DNA of 64,000 bases from Candidatus Brocadiia bacterium (GTDB lineage: Bacteria > Planctomycetota > Brocadiia > CAIUPP01). The position numbers and the translations under genes were made by a program. The stretch's first letter is position 1; the number at the start of each line of letters is the position of its first letter. This document shows, in pieces, positions 9,545-18,320 of this stretch. The notes below the pieces were generated by a model. The model searched no databases, was not told the DNA's origin, and saw only the letters and a list, made by a program, of their open reading frames with translations. The DNA lies in the NCBI GenBank assembly GCA_050015075.1, contig JBEKCB010000006.1:1-64000 (forward strand). Direction: 5' to 3'.

Positions 9545-10560
9545 ATCGCGAGAATAAAGCTTACGCGAAGTTCGCTCTGAGCCGCGAGATGATGGAGACG
9601 GCGGGCATAATCGAGCGCTTCAATTTCAGCCGCGCTCCCGAGGCGGAAAAGGCCATTGGGCAGCGGAAGAAGGTCTTCTTCACCGGCGAGGGATCGAGCC
9701 GCATTTTTCCCGCCAAGCAGTTCATCTACCAGGCGCTGCGGCGCCGCGCCGGCCTTCACGCCGCCACGGACGGGTCGCGCCAGGCCGCCGAATACGACCT
9801 CTCCGATTTTGCCGTCTTCGCCGCCTCCAATTCCGGCCAGACCAAGGAAGTGGTGCATCTCCTGCGCGACCTGAAGGCGCGCGGCCATGCGGCGCTTTTC
9901 TCGCTCTCGGCGTTCGCCGACACGCCTTTGGGCCAGGCCAGCACCGTCGCGTACGTCCTCTCCTGCGGCAAGGAAGGCGCCACCGCCGCCACCAAGAGCG
10001 TGGTCGAGCAGACCCTGTTCTACCACGCCATTCTGGACCGCGTGACGGGCGCCAACGCCCTGCCGCGACGGGCCAAAGAGCTGGCCGAGAAATTCTCCCG
10101 CGCGCTTTCGCTCACGATTCCGCCGGCCATCATCCAGAAACTCACCGCCGCCGACGTCATCCACTGGTCGGGTCGGAACACGGGCGCCGCCGAGGAACTG
10201 ACGCTCAAGACCAACGAGATCACGCGCAAGCGTTCCGCGTACCTGGAAGGCACCTACGCCGTCCACGGCATCGAGGAAGTGATGAGCCGAAAGGACGCCG
10301 TCATCGTGCTGGATCCGTTCGAGGCCGAGGAGGAGAAGTTCGAAGAGGTGCTCGTCAAAGGGGTCGGGCTGACGGTGGTGGCCATCGCCTCGCGCGACAC
10401 GCGCTTTCCGACGATCCGGGTCCCGTCGGCCGATGCGCTCGACCACTACGTCCATCTGGCCGCCGGCTGGAATCTGCTCGTCGAGATCGGCCTGGCGCTG
10501 GGCGTGAACCTGGACAAGGCCGAGCGTGCGCGCAAGGTGGGCAACGTGCTTGTCGAGTGA
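9541..10560 (+). CDS. Double SIS-domain sugar-phosphate isomerase/deaminase (GlmS-C-like)
   Basis: TGEGSS, ASNSGQTKE, AATKS, EELTLKTNE...HGIEE; overlaps the pfp stop by 4 bp. Confidence 0.8.
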   Translation: MNRENKAYAKFALSREMMETAGIIERFNFSRAPEAEKAIGQRKKVFFTGEGSSRIFPAKQFIYQALRRRAGLHAATDGSRQAAEYDLSDFAVFAASNSGQTKEVVHLLRDLKARGHAALFSLSAFADTPLGQASTVAYVLSCGKEGATAATKSVVEQTLFYHAILDRVTGANALPRRAKELAEKFSRALSLTIPPAIIQKLTAADVIHWSGRNTGAAEELTLKTNEITRKRSAYLEGTYAVHGIEEVMSRKDAVIVLDPFEAEEEKFEEVLVKGVGLTVVAIASRDTRFPTIRVPSADALDHYVHLAAGWNLLVEIGLALGVNLDKAERARKVGNVLVE

Positions 10561-10643
10561 AGAAACTGCGGGAGAACAATAAACCGCGCCGCGCCTGTGG
10601 CGTGTTCACGCCATCCGGCCGCCGGCGAGGGGTATGCCAACCC

Positions 10644-12059
10644 TCACCGCGGACCTCCCAACAGGCCGAGGATGTAGGTACGGTAAACGGTCACGTCTTT
10701 GGAATCCGCCGCGTCGAAGAAATCCGGGTTGCGCTTCTGCAGGTCGAGAATCTTGTCGCACGCGGCGATCATCTCGGTGGCGATGTCCCGCGTAAGGCCG
10801 ATCGTCCTGGCGCGCACGTACGCCAACTGGAGGTTCGTTTCGTACTGACGCAGTTGGTCCATGATCGGCTTGGCGCGCAGGGCGAACCGGTCCATCGGCT
10901 CATAGACGGCGAATTGCTTGCTCTGCGGCGACACCAGGGCGGCGAGTTCCTGCGGAGTCTCCGCCATCCCGGCTATGGCCTGGAGCGCTACGCCCTCCTC
11001 TGCGGTGATCACCACGGGCCTTCCCACCGGGCAGACCTGGCGCACGGTGAAAGGAGTCTTGCTCGCGGTGTACTTCGCCTTGGCCGCCGTGGCGTCCTTA
11101 TCGCTCATCACTTCGATCTTGCCGCTGACGGTGAGGGCCACGGCGCCGAGGGTCTTGTCGGCCATCGCCTCCGCGAGTTCCTCGGGAAACTTCGATCCCT
11201 CAGCGTACGTGCGGAACGAGGCGGCGAAGCTGGCAAGGAACTTGTCGTGGAGGTCGCTGAACTTGTCGTTGGCGCCGGCGCTCTTGATGTTCGACCCGTC
11301 CGAGTTGATCGGGATAGACGCGCCCATTTTCGAGCGGGGCGACATCACGATCGCCTCGCAGGAGAGGCAGATCAACGCGCCGGCGGACATGGCCCATTTG
11401 TTCTCGCCGTTCACGTAGGATACGCATTTGATGTTGTGCCGGCGCAGGGATTGGATCGCGTTGCATAACTCCTGGGCGATCGAGATGACCCCGCCGGGCG
11501 TGTCCACGATGACGACGACGCAGGCCGGCTTGTTCTTGATCGCATAGGCGACTCCGCTGCTGAAGTGACGCACCGCCGGGCGGGAAGTGATGTCCCCCGT
11601 GACCGGGATGAACATGATGGTGTCCTTCAGGTCAACCTTTTCCGCGTTCTCCTCATAATCGTCGAGGATGATGAACTTGAGCTTGCCGGCGACGTCGGAA
11701 ACCGCGTTGGCGGGAAAGCTGTCGTAGTCCGCGGCGGGCACGCTGACGAGCTTGCCGTCGGTCCCCTTGAGCGTCATCTGATCGCCGTTGCCGGCGTTGA
11801 TGCTGGAGTAGATGATCTCGCCGGTCTTCCTGTTCTTATAGGCGTGGACCGTCGGATCGGCCGTGGCGTTGAGCGAGACGAGTTCGATTTTCTCCTTGGT
11901 TTTCTTGTTAACCATGATCGTGCAGCCGACGCGCGCGGCATTTTCGGCCTGGAGCCAATCGTCGAGGAAAGTGGTCGTCGGCTCCTCTGCGGCAGCCGCG
12001 GCGCTCACCAGGAAGGCCAGCGCAAACGCCCGAAAGCAACGACGCATGCCCGCGTTCAT
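10644..12059 (-). CDS. Secreted NfeD/ClpP-like (crotonase-fold) serine-protease-like protein
   Basis: Signal peptide; VDTPGG, WAMSAGALI, MGASIPI, ELAEAMAD motifs. Start taken as ATG 12059 after GGAGG. Confidence 0.65.
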   Translation of the reverse strand: MNAGMRRCFRAFALAFLVSAAAAAEEPTTTFLDDWLQAENAARVGCTIMVNKKTKEKIELVSLNATADPTVHAYKNRKTGEIIYSSINAGNGDQMTLKGTDGKLVSVPAADYDSFPANAVSDVAGKLKFIILDDYEENAEKVDLKDTIMFIPVTGDITSRPAVRHFSSGVAYAIKNKPACVVVIVDTPGGVISIAQELCNAIQSLRRHNIKCVSYVNGENKWAMSAGALICLSCEAIVMSPRSKMGASIPINSDGSNIKSAGANDKFSDLHDKFLASFAASFRTYAEGSKFPEELAEAMADKTLGAVALTVSGKIEVMSDKDATAAKAKYTASKTPFTVRQVCPVGRPVVITAEEGVALQAIAGMAETPQELAALVSPQSKQFAVYEPMDRFALRAKPIMDQLRQYETNLQLAYVRARTIGLTRDIATEMIAACDKILDLQKRNPDFFDAADSKDVTVYRTYILGLLGGPR

Positions 12060-12235
12060 CGTTGCGGTCCTCCAGAAAAGAGGGCTTACCACGTCAGATT
12101 ATGGCGCTGGCACAGAGTCTTGTCAAGCAAATACGGGAAACGGAACGAGGCGACGGAACGCTTGCAACGCGGAGGGAATTGAGCAAGAATAGATTCTGCA
12201 TTCGCTTTTCGCCGTTGCAGCGAGAGAGGATATTC

Positions 12236-13102
12236 ATGCGGAAACCGACGGTACTGATGACGCTGGCGCTCGTGGGCCTGATGTGCGTGGCGGCAAAGAA
12301 GTCGCCGGAGAAGGCGACGTTCGACGACTATGCCGACCGGATCGTGGCGGGCGACGCGCTGACCGAGGAGGAAATGGCGCAGGCGCGGAAAGGCTTCAGC
12401 ACGCAATTGATCCGGCCCGACCGGCTGGACTTCGGCCAGAACGCGCGCTATCGGATCGCGGAGATTCAGCTCAGCCACGGCAAAGCCCGCGAGGCGATCT
12501 CCACGCTGCGCGAGGTCGCCGCCGCGCAGCCCAAACCCGACGAGACGATCTGGGTGACGCGGTTCAACATCGCTGAGATCCTCGACGTCGCCCTCCACGA
12601 CGCCGACCAGGCTGCCGCGGAGTTCCAACAGGTCGAGGGAAACCTGCAACCGCTCGCGCAACGCGAGACGCTCGACATGATCGAGAGCGATCCAAGTCGC
12701 TTCGGCCAGGCGGTTTCCATGATCCAGAAGGCCGCTGTCGAGACGAAGGAGAAAGGCGCTCGTTGGGCGTTGCTGACCCGGCTCGGAAACCTGTATCGTC
12801 GCACGCAGCAGGATGACAAGGCGCTGGAGGTTTTCCAACAGGTCGCCAAAGAGGCCACGCCCGAGCAGATCGAGCGCCTTCGCCAGGAGGCCGTCGCGCA
12901 GGTCGAGGCGGCGGCGAAACAGATCCGGCGCCTCCGCGACGACAACCGCGACGATGAAGCGGACGATGTCGAGCAGGGCGTCGTGCGCCAATGCAACGCA
13001 CTGCGCATCCAGGGTCGCGACGACGAGGCTGATGCGATGCAGGCCGCGCTCGACAAGCTGGACGAGGAGTTGAAAGAGCAGGGTCCGCCCGCCGGCGCAT
13101 GA
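12236..13102 (+). CDS. Secreted tetratricopeptide-repeat protein
   Basis: Signal peptide; TPR-like helices (ARYRIAEIQL..GKAREAI, ALLTRLGNLY..DKALEVF); GAGAGGA RBS. Confidence 0.65.
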   Translation: MRKPTVLMTLALVGLMCVAAKKSPEKATFDDYADRIVAGDALTEEEMAQARKGFSTQLIRPDRLDFGQNARYRIAEIQLSHGKAREAISTLREVAAAQPKPDETIWVTRFNIAEILDVALHDADQAAAEFQQVEGNLQPLAQRETLDMIESDPSRFGQAVSMIQKAAVETKEKGARWALLTRLGNLYRRTQQDDKALEVFQQVAKEATPEQIERLRQEAVAQVEAAAKQIRRLRDDNRDDEADDVEQGVVRQCNALRIQGRDDEADAMQAALDKLDEELKEQGPPAGA

Positions 13103-13144
13103 ACAGTTCGCCGCCGTGCAGGCGGCGGACAACCGAAAAATTCC

Positions 13145-13173
13145 TTGACAACGGCAGTGCGGCTATGTACCCT
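13145..13173 (+). promoter_or_regulatory. Sigma70-like promoter
   Basis: TTGACA-17 bp-TACCCT upstream of the 13252 gene. Confidence 0.45.
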
Positions 13174-13251
13174 CATGGATACTTATGACTGTCCTTCGGA
13201 GGACGGTCAAAATCGGAGTCCGCTGTCATTTTGGAAAAAGGAGGCGCCGCT

Positions 13252-13707
13252 ATGCGTAAGCTCGTAACGGCTGCAGCCGCGGTGGCAGTGCTGTGCGCGA
13301 TGACGGCTTTTGCGCAAACGCCATCGTCCCGGCCCATGGCTTCGGACGAGCACATCATGTATGCTCATGGCGAAGCGGAAGTGCTCCATCGCGCCCTCTT
13401 GGAAAGCAAGCACGATCCGGAGACGCTGAAGCTTCTGGATCAGGCCCTGGCGGACCGGACGACGATGCTTCAGGCTGAACTCGACCGGACGTCGAAGGCC
13501 GGTGCGTATGTGAAGGCGATGAAGAGTGGCGACAAGGCTGCTACTGATGCGGCCAAGGAAGCTCTGAAGGCCTCCGCGCAGACGGTGCTGGCCGACGCGA
13601 AGACTTTCTCTGCGGATTGCATGGCGATCCGCGAGCACCTCCAGTCGTTGGAACCGCCGCACACGCGGCCGAGTTCCGCTGGAGCGCCCGCCGCCACCAA
13701 CCCGTAA
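13252..13707 (+). CDS. Hypothetical secreted alpha-helical protein
   Basis: AAGGAGG RBS; signal peptide MRKLVTAAAAVAVLCAMTAFA. Confidence 0.7.
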   Translation: MRKLVTAAAAVAVLCAMTAFAQTPSSRPMASDEHIMYAHGEAEVLHRALLESKHDPETLKLLDQALADRTTMLQAELDRTSKAGAYVKAMKSGDKAATDAAKEALKASAQTVLADAKTFSADCMAIREHLQSLEPPHTRPSSAGAPAATNP

Positions 13708-13729
13708 TCCGTCGCGCGAGTTTCAATGC

Positions 13730-13768
13730 CGAAGCGGGGAAAGGATTCTTCCTTTCCCCGCTTCGTTT
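13730..13768 (+). terminator. Hairpin, probable intrinsic terminator
   Basis: CGAAGCGGGGAAAGGA-TTCT-TCCTTTCCCCGCTTCG followed by TTT. Confidence 0.6.
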
Positions 13769-13797
13769 CCAACCGATGAGTCTGCAGAGGCCGAGCA

Positions 13798-14331
13798 ATG
13801 GACCTGCCCGCGGCGCCGGCGAATATGCGAACGCAGTGGCGACTGGACGGCGGGCGGCTTGTGCTCGAAATGCCGCGCGCCGGTTTTTCGATGTCCGCGT
13901 TCGGCGCGATGGCGGCGATGGCCGTCGTCGCAACGATCATCGGGGCAAGCGGGTTCGCGTGCTTCCTGATATTCATCGCACGGCGAACGGACATCGGCCC
14001 GGCCTTCAAGTGGCTCACGGGGATCCCATTCGCAATCGCCTGCTTCACGCTGCCGGGCGTGATCCTGTTCCAGGGCATTCTCTGGCCCGCTTTTCGCCGC
14101 ACGCGCGTCACCGCTGCGTCGGGCGGCCTGCGCGTCGAGCGGCGGCTCGGCCTCGTGCAGCGCGCCAGGGAACTCCGCGCGGACGAGATCGAGGGACTGG
14201 CGTTGACGCGGGTCGGCGCGCCGGCCGTCACGGCGCGCGGCGGGAAAGCGACGGTCCGGTTCGGCCAGGGGTTGCCGGAAGCGGAACTCGAATGGATTCG
14301 GGCGGCCGTCGCGCAGGTTCTGGGAAAGTAG
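13798..14331 (+). CDS. Hypothetical membrane protein (2 TM plus a PH-like C-domain)
   Basis: Two hydrophobic segments, then ...VRFGQGLPEAELEWI. Confidence 0.6.
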   Translation: MDLPAAPANMRTQWRLDGGRLVLEMPRAGFSMSAFGAMAAMAVVATIIGASGFACFLIFIARRTDIGPAFKWLTGIPFAIACFTLPGVILFQGILWPAFRRTRVTAASGGLRVERRLGLVQRARELRADEIEGLALTRVGAPAVTARGGKATVRFGQGLPEAELEWIRAAVAQVLGK

Positions 14332-14466
14332 CGGCGCAAACCACCTGAAAATCGGGTCCGGGCCTGCCGGGTTACAAAGCAAGCGCCGGATGCCTTGACC
14401 GCAATGCCGCATCCGGGCATAATACCGTACTGTTATCATTCCGACTTCCGCATTTAAGGAGATCCC

Positions 14467-15525
14467 ATGTCGCTCGTCAACACGGGGAAGATGTTCCAGG
14501 AGGCGATGAAGGGCGGGTTTGCGATCGGCGCGTTCAACGTGAACAACATGGAGCTGATCCAGGGCATCTTCTGGGCGGCGAAGGACCGACAGGCGCCGGT
14601 GATCCTCCAGATCAGCAAGGGCGCGCGCAAGTACGCGAACATGCGCTACCTCCGCGCGCTGATTGACGCGGGCTGCGCGGAATCGCCGGAGATCCCCGTC
14701 GCGATCCACCTCGATCACGGCGATTTCGAGACGGCGATGAAGTGCATTGACGAGGGATATACCTCGGTGATGTACGACGGCTCGGGAGACCCGCTCGAGA
14801 AGAACATCGCCGACACGAAGAAAATCTGCGAGCGCGCGCACGCGCACAAGCCCTACGTGAGCGTCGAGGCGGAGCTGGGGCAACTCGGCGGAATCGAGGA
14901 CGGCGCGCACGGCATAGCGGACAGCGAGATCGAAAAGCACCTCACCGATCCGGACCAGGCGCAGCGGTTCGTGAAGGAGTCCGGCTGCGACAGCCTGGCG
15001 GTGGCGATCGGCACGAGCCACGGCGCCTATAAGTTCAAGCGCGCGCCGAAACTGGCCTTCGACCGGATTGACTCGATTGCGAAGAGGCTGCCGAATTTCC
15101 CGCTGGTCATGCACGGTTCGAGTTCGGTCCCCCGCGAGTACATCGAGCTGATCAACCAGTTCGACGTCCTCGAGCCGGCCGTGAAGGAGATGCTGCAGGT
15201 CGCGCTCAAGGAGGGCTGGCAACAGATGCCCGACACGATGGGCGTGCCGGAAGAGGCGCTCGGCCGCGCCGCGAAGATGGCCGTCTGCAAGATCAACATT
15301 GACACCGACCTGCGGCTGGCGATGACCGCCTCGATCCTCAAGACCTGGGGCACGTGCAACCGCGAGCTGCTCAAGTGGATCGAGGCCGGCCGGCAGGGAT
15401 CGCGCCCGAAGTTCAGCTTCGATCCGCGCGAGTACCTCGGGCCCGGCCGCGAAGCCGTCCGCGCCGTGGTCGCGCGCAAGATGGACGTTCTCGGCGTCAG
15501 CGGGAAGGCGAAGCTGTTCCAGTAA
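14467..15525 (+). CDS. fba: Fructose-bisphosphate aldolase class II
   Basis: AFNVNNME, IHLDHG, SVMYDGS, VEAELG, AIGTSHGAYK, LVMHGSS, KINIDTD. Confidence 0.95.
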   Translation: MSLVNTGKMFQEAMKGGFAIGAFNVNNMELIQGIFWAAKDRQAPVILQISKGARKYANMRYLRALIDAGCAESPEIPVAIHLDHGDFETAMKCIDEGYTSVMYDGSGDPLEKNIADTKKICERAHAHKPYVSVEAELGQLGGIEDGAHGIADSEIEKHLTDPDQAQRFVKESGCDSLAVAIGTSHGAYKFKRAPKLAFDRIDSIAKRLPNFPLVMHGSSSVPREYIELINQFDVLEPAVKEMLQVALKEGWQQMPDTMGVPEEALGRAAKMAVCKINIDTDLRLAMTASILKTWGTCNRELLKWIEAGRQGSRPKFSFDPREYLGPGREAVRAVVARKMDVLGVSGKAKLFQ

Positions 15526-15540
15526 CCGCTCGACGGCGGC

Positions 15541-16899
15541 TTATCGCAGCCGGCAGACCCGCCGCGTGTCCAGCAGGAACGGGAAATAGGCCCCGGCGAT
15601 GTTGCCGAGCGGCAGGACATCGTCGGAGAGCTGGTAGCCCAGGTCCTTCACCATAAACCGCCGCCGCGCTTCGCAGCGACGGAGCACCGCCGGGCAGCGC
15701 TTCTTCAGTTCCGCGCGCAACTTTGCGTCCGCCAGGAGGACTCCGTCCTCCATGTTGACGCAGATGCCCGGCGCGCGCGAAACGGGGATGATGTCCGCTT
15801 GGATCGCGCTGCCGGAGGGCAAGGGAATGGATGACCCTTTCCAGAAGGGTGAACTGAGCCATTCATCCAGGTGAATGTAGTGTCCGGTGTTCACGCAGAA
15901 AGTGTAAAGGGAATCATCCCGCGCGCCTTCAGCCGCAGCAAAGACCTCGCCCGCGGGCGTTCCCACGCCCAACGCGGCATACCAGGCCCGCGTCACGGCA
16001 AGGTAATTCTCGATCAGCTTGAGCGTAGCGCGCCCTTTCCGCGACGCAAAGCCGTCGGCGTTCCTGACCAGCATTCCCGCGCGGCACGTGAGCGATCCCC
16101 ACACCCCGAACGCACTGGTCAGGTACTCGCCCTCTTTGACCACGTCGTTGCCGGGAGAAGCCATGCCGTTGGAAACGACTTTGCCGCAGGAAACCATGGG
16201 ATGGCAGGATTCGGGAAGGCCGCCGCCGTCATAGATCCTGGCCAACTCGAAACAGCGCGCTCCGGGCTTCAGCGCGCGCAGAAGGTTCAGCACGGACGTC
16301 GAGGTCCGGATCGCCGCGTATTCAAAAAGCGCGATCTGCTCCGGTTCATTCTGAAGGCGCAGTCCGTCTTTCGGACTCATGAACATATCGTTGGCATTCG
16401 CGGGCCGCGCGCCGCAGATGCCCGTGACGAGGTCAACAATGTACGCGGGCGCCTCGATCCGGTTCGCCATCAGGCTCTTCCACCCGGCAACGCCGCAGCG
16501 CATCCCGCTGCGGAGTCCGGCTTTGCGCAGGACAGGCGCCAGGTCCCATGACTTGGAACGGTCCTGGCCCATGAGACTGAATTCCTGGCAAAGCGCGATA
16601 TCGGCGAAGAACGGCAGCTTGGAGACGATATTGATGCATTCATTGCCGAGGCAGAGCGTGGCTTGCCCGTCGGCGGTGAGGATGAAGAGCGCCTCCTCGA
16701 AGCGCGGGTCAAACCCGGTGCAGTAGGCCATGTTGGCGCTGTGCTCGCGGTCCGCGTAGACCAGCAGGCAGTCGTATTGCGCCGCCTGCATTCGCTCCCG
16801 GACTTTGGCCAGCCTGGAGCGGTACACGCCCGCAGGGATTTCCGGAATCGTCTCGGGGCCGCCGAAGTCGGGAATCGTCATCTGGGTCATGGTCATCAT
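15541..16899 (-). CDS. M24 / Xaa-Pro aminopeptidase (creatinase-like) family protein
   Basis: YADREHSAN...GFDPRFEEA N-domain; NTGHYIHLDEW and NMEDG in a pita-bread-like C-domain. Confidence 0.7.
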   Translation of the reverse strand: MMTMTQMTIPDFGGPETIPEIPAGVYRSRLAKVRERMQAAQYDCLLVYADREHSANMAYCTGFDPRFEEALFILTADGQATLCLGNECINIVSKLPFFADIALCQEFSLMGQDRSKSWDLAPVLRKAGLRSGMRCGVAGWKSLMANRIEAPAYIVDLVTGICGARPANANDMFMSPKDGLRLQNEPEQIALFEYAAIRTSTSVLNLLRALKPGARCFELARIYDGGGLPESCHPMVSCGKVVSNGMASPGNDVVKEGEYLTSAFGVWGSLTCRAGMLVRNADGFASRKGRATLKLIENYLAVTRAWYAALGVGTPAGEVFAAAEGARDDSLYTFCVNTGHYIHLDEWLSSPFWKGSSIPLPSGSAIQADIIPVSRAPGICVNMEDGVLLADAKLRAELKKRCPAVLRRCEARRRFMVKDLGYQLSDDVLPLGNIAGAYFPFLLDTRRVCRLR

Positions 16900-16932
16900 C
16901 GAATGGGTCTCCCTAATTCCTTGTTCGTCCGA

Positions 16933-18288
16933 TTAGTGATGGCGGGCGAAGTGCCAGTCGCCGAGCGTGGGCGAGTCGCCCGGGTCGCCCTTCAGGAGTT
17001 CATTGTAGTTCTCCGCCGCTTTGCGGAAGGCCATGGCGTGCTCTTCGATGAGCTTGGGATAGAACTTCTTGAACGACGGAATGTAGTAGTTGCGGGCGTT
17101 CGCCGCCTCGCTCACCGGCAGGCTGCCCTTGCGCTGGCGCAGGTCGCGGTCGGAGAAAGCGATGCGCGTCGGCTTGCCGTCGCCGTAGACGTCGGCGGTG
17201 TTGAAAACGGGGTGCAGGTGCAGCGGCCGGTTCGAGCCGCCGGCGCAGACGCTGCCTTCGGCCCGGACGGCCTCGGCAAAGCGCGTGACCGACAGGCCGC
17301 CGAGTTCCTCGGGCACGTAGAGGCCGTGCGCGCAGTACCAGCCGCCCATGTTCGTCTTCGGGTCCTTCGGGTCGGTCCGATGCGCCCGCAGGCCGGGCAC
17401 GCCCTCGAGCAGGTCCCAGAAATAGTTCAAGGCCTTTTGGATGTCGGCGCACCGCGCGTCGTAGTGCTTGAGCTGCACCCGCCCCACCGCCGAACTCAAC
17501 TGGTGCATCCGGTATTTGTGGCCGCCCAGTGGAAGACCCACGAGTCCCTTGAGCGACGCGGTCGCGATATCGTCGGGCCTCTGGAAGCGCTCGTAATGCC
17601 CCCACGCGATCGCGCGTTCGTAAATCCGCCGGTTGTCGGTCACCAGGATCCCGCCTTCGCCGATCGCGAAGGCCTTCTCGCTCATGAGCGACATTCCCGC
17701 CACGTCGCCGATCGTGCCGAGTTTCTTCCCCTTGTATAGCCCGCCCTGGGCATGCGACACGTCCTCGATGACGAAGAGCTTGTGCTTGCGGGCGATTTTC
17801 ATGATCGGGTCCATGTCCGTCGGATACCCGAGGTAGTGCACGACGAGGATGGCCTTCGTGCGCTTGCTGATCCGGCGTTCGATGTCGTCGGGGGCCAGGC
17901 AGAGAGTGGCGGGATCAATCTCGCCGAAGACCACCGTCGCGCCCACGTTGTAACACGGCATGGCCGACGCCCAGTAGGTGACGCTCTGGCAGATGACTTC
18001 ATCGCCGCGGCCGATCCCGCAACCGAACATCGCCCCTTCGAGCGCGGCGGTGCCGGTGCTGTGCGCCAGCGCGTACCGGGTTCCCTGCCACTGGGCGAAC
18101 TCGGTCTCGAAGGCCTTCGTCACGCCGAGCTGCGACATGGCGCCGCGGTTGAGGACTTCGAGGACGGCGCGGCGGTCCTCATTGGTGATGATCGGCCACC
18201 TGAAGAGGTCGCGCGGCTTGGACCGCACCGCTTTAGGCCCGCCGAAAAGCGCAAGCTGCGACTTTGCGGATTTTGATTTGCTGCTCAC
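16933..18288 (-). CDS. DegT/DnrJ/EryC1/StrS PLP-dependent aminotransferase
   Basis: GTAAL, GDEVI, VIEDVSHAQG, SEK..IGEGG (Schiff-base Lys); GTG start. Confidence 0.9.
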   Translation of the reverse strand: MSSKSKSAKSQLALFGGPKAVRSKPRDLFRWPIITNEDRRAVLEVLNRGAMSQLGVTKAFETEFAQWQGTRYALAHSTGTAALEGAMFGCGIGRGDEVICQSVTYWASAMPCYNVGATVVFGEIDPATLCLAPDDIERRISKRTKAILVVHYLGYPTDMDPIMKIARKHKLFVIEDVSHAQGGLYKGKKLGTIGDVAGMSLMSEKAFAIGEGGILVTDNRRIYERAIAWGHYERFQRPDDIATASLKGLVGLPLGGHKYRMHQLSSAVGRVQLKHYDARCADIQKALNYFWDLLEGVPGLRAHRTDPKDPKTNMGGWYCAHGLYVPEELGGLSVTRFAEAVRAEGSVCAGGSNRPLHLHPVFNTADVYGDGKPTRIAFSDRDLRQRKGSLPVSEAANARNYYIPSFKKFYPKLIEEHAMAFRKAAENYNELLKGDPGDSPTLGDWHFARHH

Positions 18289-18320
18289 GAGTTTCTCCTG
18301 AACTGAGACTTTCCGGATGA

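Noticed and set aside
13723-15222. 499-aa minus-strand ORF
   Set aside because: Antisense shadow of fba and the upstream membrane gene; no motifs.
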